Under the pieces are notes generated by a model. That model made no database searches. It had not been told where the DNA came from and saw only the letters and a list, made by a program, of their open reading frames with translations. DNA of 64,000 bases from Schmidtea polychroa (taxonomy: Eukaryota): assembly GCA_044892525.1 (NCBI GenBank), contig CM097888.1, positions 78,616,001-78,680,000 of the forward strand. Reading direction: 5' to 3'. Positions within the stretch are counted from its first letter, which is position 1, and every line of letters begins with the position of its first letter. Below, piece by piece: positions 39,760 through 49,714 of the stretch. Made by a program: the position numbers and the translations under genes.

Positions 39760-40260
39760 GGCATGCCTAGCAGCAGGCAAGAAGACGGACAAGCTGGCCC
39801 CTCGTCATTTGCATAGGAACTCAGAACAACCCAAGAGGAGGCAGGAGAATCCACCAGACTGGACCGAGATGAAGAAGTCACCCGACTGAGGTCCCGGTGG
39901 ATATGGTATCGGATCCACGACTGGACCTACCAGAATGTGGTCCTTGTGACCCCGAAGGTAGAACCCTTCATCAACACAACCTCCATCGCCCTGACAGAAG
40001 CATTCGAGGACATCAAGACGGCCTTAAACCCATTACACAAGCTCGAAAATGAAACTCTGGCCGTGAGCTGGAGGATATAGATGGGTATGCCAGGTTGCAG
40101 TGCTACCCCGAACGAACAGCTGTCATTCGCAGCGGCGTTGAACACCCAAGAAGCCCACCACGGGGCCGGCGTTTAACAGAAACGGACAAGCCAAGAAAAC
40201 GGGGAAGTCCTCGAAAAAATCGCCCTGAATAGACAATCAAACAGTTGGGCCGAATATTCA
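39760..40260 (+). pseudogene. Decayed orphan ORF (~165 codons, 3 stops)
   Basis: One long frame MPSSRQED...RLRSRWIWYRIHDWTYQNVVLV...; GC well above background. Confidence 0.45.
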
Positions 40261-40456
40261 CACCTCGTGATTATGTTTTATTTTTGGTTTTCTTTTGTGA
40301 TTTGCTTAACTCAACCTAGTTATTTCGAATGGATGATTATTTGTGCAATATTAATTTAATTGTCTTTGACTATATTATAATTTATTCGTAATGTGTTTAT
40401 TATTTTATTTCTTTTTAATCTTGCACGAATCATGGGCGCTTTTAGCGAGACTCGTA

Positions 40457-41056
40457 GGACTAATCCGGGGTTTAACCACACTTCAAAGACTACAGCTTGA
40501 CGATCGCATTTTGTATAACGATAATTATAGTAACAAGCCATAGTCGCCTGACGAGATTATGGAAAGATACGTCATTAATTATACCTTTGATTTAGTGCTA
40601 AAGCTCTTGGAAGATATGCGCCGGGACCGGGAACGAGCGCAACAACAGACGGAAGTGTATAGGGCCAAGCTGACGAGGATCAAAGAACATTGCAGTAACT
40701 TCGAAAATAAATAGTTCCCGCCGGCGGAGATGCAGAAGCGCCTGAAACTGATTTCCCAGTTACAATTGCAGAGTGCTCAAGATCAAGTCGAACTACGAGC
40801 TCTCCGTCTGAGGGTGAGGGAACTCGAGACCCAGATACATAAACAGGAAATCGATCGAGATATTATCGCCAAGGTTCCACCTCTGGCAGAAGTACTTCAC
40901 AGACCTAAAGTACTCGCATCTTCTATTCCCCCTTGGAAGAAAATCCGGCCGGGCAAGGCTGCTCGGGCCAGATTACGTCAAGCCAGCTTAGTCCAAGGAT
41001 CAACCAACTTGACTCTACCAATAACCACCTCGGAAAAGTCCACTGGAGCATTATGA
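40457..41056 (+). pseudogene. Orphan coiled-coil ORF (two in-frame stops) upstream of motif A
   Basis: LLEDMRRDRERAQQ...QLQLQSAQDQVELRALRLRVRELETQI; heptad-like composition; homolog at 35335-35752. Confidence 0.6.
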
Positions 41057-41151
41057 ACTCCCACTATAGTCATGTGATTTAAATAAAAGTGTTTTTTGAT
41101 GACTCATGTGCCTGTATGTCTTCTGGTTATTCGAGAACTCAATTAATACAG

Positions 41152-41385
41152 AGGGACCGAAAGAAATCGGATATAAGCCTTCTATCGGCAGTCCGTGAAC
41201 CCAAGCGAGTGCTAGACAATTATAGTATGCTAAGCATGCTCACTTTTTGCTAGTACTCAAACCCTTGGTACAGTACCAACGTTGATTGCTCAACGGGTAC
41301 CAAGTGGTCAGCTGTCAATTGTATTCTGGGTTACACTGGAAACAGCACGAGTAAATAGAAACTTTGGATTGCCTGTAACCCACCA
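41152..41385 (+). ncRNA. Structured repeat, copy A of the unclassified family
   Basis: Three stem domains that covary with copy B; ends GTAACCC-ACCA. Confidence 0.6.
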
Positions 41386-41968
41386 GTAATGTAATTTTAT
41401 GAAAGACATGAATTGATGTAATTTTATTATTAATAAAATTTTTAAAATTGGATTTGTTTTAGTTATAATTTTTTTTATGTTTTGTTTTCTTTAATGGTTA
41501 CCTTATTTTTGCATTTTGAATAACAATCATAATTTACATAAATATTATTTGATCTGGTGCTATGAATCTTCATGTGTTATTGATGTTCTAGATTGAACAG
41601 AATGTTTGTGGGCGGATGGCACTTGTGCTGTTGGTCGACAGATGTTTTCGCTAGTTTCGTACATAGGACATATTTAGCGATAGGATCGAAGGAAAATATA
41701 AAGCCATTTTAGTCGGTTTGAAGCTTTGTCTAAATCTAGATAGTATAGGACGAATTCGTTTTTAGTAAGACATAGGTTGGAATTGGAAATATTGGCAGAT
41801 CCCTACTCAAATTTTATGAGGAGTATGAAATTACATTTAATAGTTTAGAAATAAAGGCCAATCTTTGCTCAAATTTTTGAAGAGAACCATAGAAAACATT
41901 TAGTAACGAGGACCATAGATAATTGAACATATGACAACACTAACAATAGAATAGATAAGGAATTATGA

Positions 41969-42170
41969 CGTAAGACATTCTATCGGCAGTCTAGGACTCG
42001 TAAGGAAAATACAATGAGGAGTAGGTTTAGCAATAGAGCTCACCTGCTCATTGTTTTTTTACACCTTTGTGTACAGTACCAACATGTCGTTGCCATGGGT
42101 ACACAAATGGTGTAAAGTGTAATTGTCATGGAGGCGCTTAGGAAAGAGTCGATGGAATATCTATGATTAC
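41969..42170 (+). ncRNA. Structured repeat, copy C of the unclassified family
   Basis: TTCTATCGGCAGTC; ACAATGAG/CTCATTGT stem; TTTGTGTAC-AGTACCAA-CATG..CATG-G-GTACACAAA. Confidence 0.55.
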
Positions 42171-42312
42171 ACCTAATGTGTTAAAAATTTAAAATGACAC
42201 ACCCCTAAGTGACCAACACATGGATCAACTCCCTTAGTGGATCAGACATTGATAGGTAATATAGGAAAGGTGAAAGTCAAGTAGTAAGTGCACATCAGGC
42301 AAATAATGCCAA

Positions 42313-42715
42313 ATGATTCATCCATGCCCAAAAGTCGGAAAACTGAAAACCAAAATTTTGACTTTTATAACAGATGACATGGAAAACATTTGCCATAAGA
42401 ATGTGAAAGATATTAAAGTTATTAACGAAAATAAAGATAAAAGGAAAATAAATGAATTTATAGTTCAATATGGAACAGAAAAAACAGAAACCCATAAAGT
42501 ATGGATATCTGAAGTAAAAATAGAAGATTTTTATTCAAAATTATCACAAAAAATTATACCACACTAAGTTTTAAAAAGTTTTAAAATATATTAAAAATAA
42601 GTTCGCAACAAAAGAACAAAAAACGATATGAACAAAACAATAAAAGAAGTACTACATAGTTGTGAAATCTGTCAAACAAGGAAAGTGTTGACTACTAAAA
42701 TTAAAGAAACAATAA
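42313..42715 (+). pseudogene. Gypsy integrase zinc-binding region remnant
   Basis: IKEVLHSCEICQTRK matches the CxxC half of the HHCC motif. Confidence 0.55.
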
Positions 42716-43249
42716 AAATGAGATAATGTTAAGACCTCAACACATAGTTTCAACATCAGTCATATGTCGGTTGTTTGCCGTCGCAATCTATTAATTCCTC
42801 CTGTATTGCATGCGAATTCTTGCGATTTCATGAACCACCATGACATTTGCAAAATAGACTTAATCCGTTTTTTATAAATAATATGAAATATTTATTGACA
42901 ATATCAGAAATATTTTAAAATGTCAATAAAATTTTGTAATATTTTTAATTTTTAGTAAATAAAGAATAAATGCTTTTGACTTATCAATAATGATTTTATT
43001 TTTAATTAGAACATTTTAAAGATGTAGATTAAAATAATGTTAGATTGATTATCTATCCTACATATAAAAAAATAAAATCTTTAAATATAACGATAACATT
43101 TTTAGAGAATTCTATTAATTTAATAGTGAATTTTGATAGTAAGCTTGTTTAAATTTTCTTTGATAAAAGATATACTTCTTAAATTTAAAAATGTAAAATA
43201 AACTTCATTTTTTAAAATGGTTATTGAGATTTTCATTGCATTGATTTAG

Positions 43250-46200
43250 ATGGCATATCCGAATCAGTCTCCTCATATGTATCCATATATTCCTCCTCCA
43301 TATATTCATCCTCCAATTGGTTCGTAATTTTTATAATATTAATTTTATAAAAAATACATCTTAGGTATTTCTATTAGTACAGCCACCCCAGTTATAATTC
43401 CAAAACCACAATTACCAACCACTGTATCTAATACTGAAACTAATCAAAAATTTTCAGTAAAATTCTAAACTTATTTATTAATAAATTATTATTAGTCTTT
43501 TGAGCGTCCAATCACAACAGTTTTTATCGGTAATATTTCCGAAAAAATTTCAGATTCGTTGATGAAAGATGTTCTTGCAGTAATATCATAATCATATTTT
43601 ATTATGTAATATTTATATATTAGAAATGTGGTAATGTATTGAGTTGGAAAAGGGTACAAGGAGCGTCTGGCAAATTGCAAGCTTTTGGATTTTGTGAATA
43701 TGATAATCCAGAAGCAACTTTGCGTTGCATTCGGTTATTGAATGACTTTGCTATTTCTGATAAAACTCTTGTTGTAAGTATAATTGATTATTTAATGCTT
43801 ATTATTTTTTACACAGGTAAAAGTTGATCCTAAAACCGACGAATTATTAACAGATTACAAAGGTAAAAAACAGAAAGCTATTGAAGATAGAGAAGCTGAA
43901 GACGTAACCCGAACAGAAGAAGAAAAAAAAGAACGAATTAATTTGATTTATGCTAGAGAAGCCGATGAAGATCGAAATGCTTTGAGTCAAATCAAAAAAA
44001 TAATCAAAGAAGCTGGCTCAGATTTGGCAACAAATGAAAAAGGTAAATCTTTTTGATATTTTTGTCAATTGTTAATTTAATTTTTTCAGAAAAGAAAGAC
44101 AAGAAATCAGAAAAAAATGAACCAATGAAAGGCTTGGTAATGAATTTTTGTAATTTGGTTGAAATTCAATAAAATAAAAATTCTAGAATATTGATGATGT
44201 AGATTTGGATGGAGATAAGAAGAATTTAATTTCACGAGAAATTGAAATATTTAGAAATAAACATAAGGTAAATATTAATTGAAATTTTATATTGGGATAT
44301 TGCGGATAATTATTTAATAAAAAAATTGAGCGAAAAGCAAATTAATTAAAATTATTTAATTTAATTTTGTGATCGTTGATTGAACCTGTTAATGATATAA
44401 ATATAATCGATTGAATGGGATTTAACTATTTCAATAAAGGATGATGAAATTAATGAGGATAAAGAAGAGCGTTATAAAAGAATAAGGGAACGAGACAGAG
44501 AGAAGCGCAGAGAACGTGACAGAGAGCGTAGTAAAGAAGTAAATCGACATCGTAGACATAGAAGTAGATCTAGATCAAAAGCAAGCCGTCAGCCTAATGA
44601 AGAAGAACGACAACGGAAAATATCTAGAGCAGATTCGAGTATGCCTTGGTTATTATATTAATTGTCTTATTTATTTCTATATGAAGGAAGTTCCTCTATA
44701 ACATCTAAGAAACGAAGATCTGGTTCCAAAGATACTCAGAAAAGTTCCAAAAAATCAAAAAAGGATTCCGATAAAGAATTTGATGAATATGAAACTACGG
44801 TAGGGATTTTAATTGATAATGTGAAAAGTATTTAAATTCACGTAAAGATGTTTAAACAATTGGAGAAAAAACTCCGAGACAAAGAAGCAGCCTATCAAAA
44901 ACGCCTTCAAACTTGGGAGGCAAGAGAGAAAAAACGACTCAAAGATTACGAAACGGAAAAAGAGAGGAACATTTCCAAAGAGAACGAAATAGCCGAGGAA
45001 GCAAGAAAGCTGCAAATATTCTTTGAGGATTATGACGATGAAAAGTGGGACTCGAAATATTACCGAGGAACGGAATTGGAAAGACGCTTAACTGCCAGGC
45101 GTACAGAAGAAATGGCAGACGAGAAAGATCGAACGAAAGAAGTTGAACAAATTGAAAGTACCCGACAAAAACTATTGAAAGAACACAATCCGAATGTTGA
45201 GGCCATCATACTACGAATGGAACAATCTATGCAAGAACACCTGCAGAAGCGATTGAAATTCGATTTTGATTCAATGCCTGTTGTTAGTGATGACACCAAG
45301 CCGTGTTTCATGACTCCAGAATCAAATACGGTTTTAATTTAGTATTGGTTTTGTTATTCTCAATTTGTCATAGATAATGAATAATTCATCATCAGAAGCG
45401 GTTTCCCCGGGAGACGGCGCTTTTCCCATTAAAACCGATATGGAAATATCAAATACCAACAATGACCATCAGATATGTTTCGCTAATGAAGTGAAAGTCA
45501 ATATTAATGATTCCTGTACGGATGGCAACCAGAAAGGATTAAATGGTTATTTATATATAAATGGTAATATTCCTATTTCATTACAGATTCATTCAAACCA
45601 ATGATTCTACCTCCACAACCAACCGTCCCGATTGCTGCTGGACAGATTTCCGAGGATAATGCCGAGGATCACAACGGAGTAAATCACAAATCTGCCCATT
45701 CTGGAACATCGATTCCTCACACAGAAAGGAAATTACTCGTCAAGAAAATCATTGACGGAATTCCAACAATTAAAGCCGATCTCTTTGCTTATCCGATTGA
45801 ATGGGATACGATAGATGAAGTTATTATTGATTATATTTTATGGCTGATTTTGGTTCCTCTCTTTAAACTTATTCTTCGGACAATTCCCTTCTAGGCTGGA
45901 ATTTCCGGCTTAATTATATTTTTATTACAATAAATAGGAAATGGTAAAAGGATAAATTATTGAATATCGGAAGCAATTTAATTANNNNNNNNNNNNNNNN
46001 NNNNNNNNNNNNNNNNNNNNNNNNNNNNNNNNNNNNNNNNNNNNNNNNNNNNNNNNNNNNNNNNNNNNNNNNNNNNNNNNNNNNNNNNNNNNNNNNNNNN
46101 NNNNNNNNNNNNNNNNNNTTTATTATTAATTTTTATTAGCAATATTATTATTTATTTTTATTATTTTTTATTTTAATTATTATTATTATTATTTATTATT

Positions 46201-46901
46201 AATTATTATTAGTATTTATTATTAATTTTTATTAGCAATATTATTATTATAATTATTTTTATTATTTATATTAATATTATTATTAATTATTATTAGTTAT
46301 ATTGTTATTATATTAATTTTTAAAATTAATTTTTGTCTTTGTATGTCATCTGCAGTTATCACTTATTTTTGTCAATGATTACAGATTATTTGTAACTGAA
46401 AAGGTAAATAAAACTTGTGTAAAATTGTTTGAAAAATAAACAATTTAAAAGAAGTATAATTTGATCAAAAATTGTTGCTTTCCTGTTAAAAGCATTTGTT
46501 ATGAATGAATTTTCTAATTTTTTGTCACATATCGATTTGGTAAATTTCGCTAATGATTAATTTTTTTGATTTTGTCAATGCTAAAAGTAAATTCAAAAAT
46601 TTTCCTAGAGTTTTGTTGAGACTCGCATCAAACCATGGGTTGATAAAAAAATCGTCGCATACATCGGCGAGGAAGAACCGTCTCTATCGAAGTTTATCTG
46701 TGATCAAGTATTGGATCATAAAACCCCTGATCAAATTCTCGCTGATATTGCAATGGTGATTTTTTTGTATATACTTGCCACATATAATGTCCTAATTTCG
46801 TTGTTAAGGTACTGGAAGAAGAAGCTGATGTGTTTGTCATGAAAATGTGGCGCTTACTGATTTATGTTATTGAAGAAAAAAAGGCCGGTTTGGATAAATG
46901 A
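43250..46901 (+). CDS. RBM25: RNA-binding motif protein 25 paralog 2 (more canonical); an assembly gap lies in one intron
   Basis: TTVFIGNISEK, SWKRVQGASGKLQAFGFCEY, ISREIEIFR, RE/RD repeats, KPWVDKKIVAYIGEEEPSL, VLEEEADVFVMKMWRLLIY..KKAGLDK*. Confidence 0.93.
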
Positions 46902-47482
46902 TAAATTTTTTTGTAATGTCAGTTTGTTTCCTGTTGTACAGAAAGAACAATTTAAATATAATTTAATAATTTGTCTTATGTTCATTTCTCTGTGACTGTG
47001 TGTGTGTGTTTGTATTAATATTAGTTTGAATGTAATTGACCAAAGATCTCATTCTTATTTGTGTAAATTTCAATTTTTGTTTTTATTTGTTATTTTAATA
47101 AAATGTAATTTAAATGTCGAAATTTGCTTCGTAATATTTTTTATGACGTTATAATTGTATGATTTCCAATATATTTATTTAGTAAATAAATCTACGTCTA
47201 GAATATGATATTTAACATTTTTCTTTCCTGTACTAATTACTTGTGGCCAAACGCGTAACTAATTGTGGGCATTGTGATGCCAAAAAGTTTTACGATGCAA
47301 ATGACATGGTGATATAAATATCAATAAACTAACAATATAATTTTTTTATCTATACAAGGATTACCTTTTGATTTGGATATGCACTCGAGTTATATACTTT
47401 TTTTATTATGAATTGATGCTGTAACTATGAAACCATTATTTTATATTTCTATATAATAGTTTGTAATTTGATTTACCTATAT

Positions 47483-47633
47483 CAGTGGTTCCCAACTTTT
47501 TTATTTCCAAATCTCTGAATAACATGAAAAAATTTATTTTATCTGTTTTCCAGAAAATATTTTTTCTGTCGTACCCTTTGGCAATAGTAGTCATACCCCT
47601 AAGGGTACGTGCGCCACCGGTTGAAAATCGGTG
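47483..47633. mobile_element. Small hAT MITE
   Basis: CAGTGGTTCCCAAC ... GGTTGAAAATCGGTG degenerate TIRs; partly matching 8-mers acctatat/ccatatat. Confidence 0.55.
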
Positions 47634-48415
47634 CCATATATATTAATTCTCTGGTTTTCCTAACAACTTTAAAATAACTTCTATTCTTTTTCTATCGATA
47701 GCGACCCAGTGACGGATTTCGTATTTACTTTTGAATTTTCTATTATTTGGTTATTTTCAGCTTTTATTTCTTTTTTCCCATTATTTAAAAATTATTTTAG
47801 TCTTATTTTTACTCATCGCCGTAAATTCAAAGTTTGTATTATGTTATTTATTTTTGTCACTCGATTTAAATTTTGCGTGGCCACTTTTCTTGCTTATTAT
47901 AAATCTATTTAATTCTGTTTTCACGCATTTCGGTTAAAATTATACATTTACTTTGGGTCAAAATCAGATTTCGCACAATTTAGGACTATAAAAAGTTTCG
48001 TCTAGTAGACAGCGGTACGAACATTTCCCCACGTTTTATCTAATTTGTTAATATCATCTCAAAATCCAAAAGCAGACATTATTTATTTATTATATATTCT
48101 ATTTTTAATACCCAATTGCTGGGACCGAAAAATTAAGTTTAATGAAATCAATATTATAAATTATTAATAAGTACAAAAACCAAATCAAATATAGAATTTA
48201 TTAAAAAAATGTCAATATAAATTAAAAAATTAACACAGAAACCAACATCCAAAATCATAGACATAATTAGATTTTTAAAACTTTGATCAATTATTTCCAA
48301 AATATGTTAAAATATTATTCAAATTAAAAAATACATAAGAGTATCTTCATTTACAATAAACTAAAACATTAACTTAAAAATTAAAATTACAAATCAAATT
48401 GAACGGAAATCTTCA

Positions 48416-48640
48416 CTAAACCGTAACAATCAAATTGACTTTTGGACCTAGATAAAAATGTTTTGCAGGAACATAAGTAATATTACTATAATTTCCTTGT
48501 TCACCGAAAATTATGTATATAATATATTTTTCTATAATCGGATGTAAAAAAGTTAAAATTACTATACCTATAGTCATGTAAAACATAAATTTTAAATAAA
48601 ATAAAATTATTTTATCAATCACAGATAACTGATTTGACAT
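48416..48640 (-). CDS. Possible first exon of an unknown membrane-anchored protein
   Basis: ATG-initiated ORF with a hydrophobic segment (FMFYMTIGIVILTFL) and a GT near its end; no family recognised. Confidence 0.2.
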   Translation of the reverse strand: MSNQLSVIDKIILFYLKFMFYMTIGIVILTFLHPIIEKYIIYIIFGEQGNYSNITYVPAKHFYLGPKVNLIVTV

Positions 48641-48983
48641 AATAATTAAAATTATATATTAATAAAATAGTTAAATATTTAAATTTTAAATAAGTTAGAA
48701 ACTTTTAATTAATATTTAAACAAATTATAAATTAATTTTTTTTTGAATATATAAGAATACAATAAGCAATTCAGCAAAATATGCAATATTTTAACAAAAA
48801 AAATTAACAAAAAATCAAATTGTCTGAAACCTATTTGGTTAGTATCTTTCGAATAATCAGCCAAAATATCTATTTTCTTTCGCTAATCTTTTATTTTCTT
48901 TCTCTATCTAGGCCATTCCGACCACTTCTCAATTGATTTAATGTTGACCGGTGTCATATGAACATTATCAAAATTGTTCAGCG

Positions 48984-49320
48984 TGTTGGGCTAGAACCGA
49001 GAATTAAGAGTTTGTTTTAACCACGCTTTGGCTTTCACATCTGTTGTTTCTGTTTCTTTGACGTTTCCCACAATGTCTTTGCTTCTGCCACTAAAACACA
49101 TCGCTAGCGCTTGTCAATCGCTTTCCATTTGTCAGCAACCATTCTTCTATATCCCTGATCCATTCTTCGGCTTCTTTTAAACCTCGTCCATCATATCGTC
49201 TGATGTTCAGGGTGAGCATGTCTTGGCATGATTTCGGTAGGCATTCCATTAGCGATTTTGTCGATTTCGAAATGGCATTGATATTTTTATTTTCGGCGTG
49301 GTCGCCAGTTAAATCCATCT
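48984..49320 (-). mobile_element. Gypsy gag fragment joined to an LTR 3' end
   Basis: IRRYDGRGLKEAEEWIRDIEEWL is a gag-like motif; it is followed by ...TTCTCGGTTCTAGCCCAACA. Confidence 0.55.
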
Positions 49321-49714
49321 TTATATTTCTCAACAAAAATCTTGAAACCAACAATATATATTTAATCAAAAGAATTTATAAATAATAAGTTTTTAATTTT
49401 TCACAAAATAAGAAAAATATTGATCTATAGTCTAAATCTAAATGAAGACAAATGAAATTCTAACGGAAAAATAGATTGCAAATTAATTAGAAGCTCAATG
49501 ACAAATAGCAAATGACAAATAGCAAAATTAAAATTTAATTTATGAATAATAATTTTCTAATCCAAAATCCTTATTTATTTTCGAAACACATTTTGATAAT
49601 ATGAAATAATTTAAAAAATTTTCAAATTATTTTTAAAGAAATGTGATTGTTTAAATTATTTTACTTAACTTTTGTTTGTAAAAACTTTAGATTTTAATTT
49701 AATTTTCACCTATT

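Noticed and set aside
40540-40580. Additional hammerheads at CTGACGA (40547, 40670) and CTGATGA (~19397)
   Set aside because: No stem II followed by GAAA, and no stem I/III complementarity
41304-41320. TGGT as a tRNA primer-binding site or pseudoknot partner after motif domain 2
   Set aside because: TGGT is explained by pairing with the upstream ACC linker (stem extension), and the following bases do not match a tRNA 3' end I can recognise
39760-41385. Fanzor/TnpB with an omega-RNA
   Set aside because: No RuvC or zinc-finger motifs in the upstream ORF remnants
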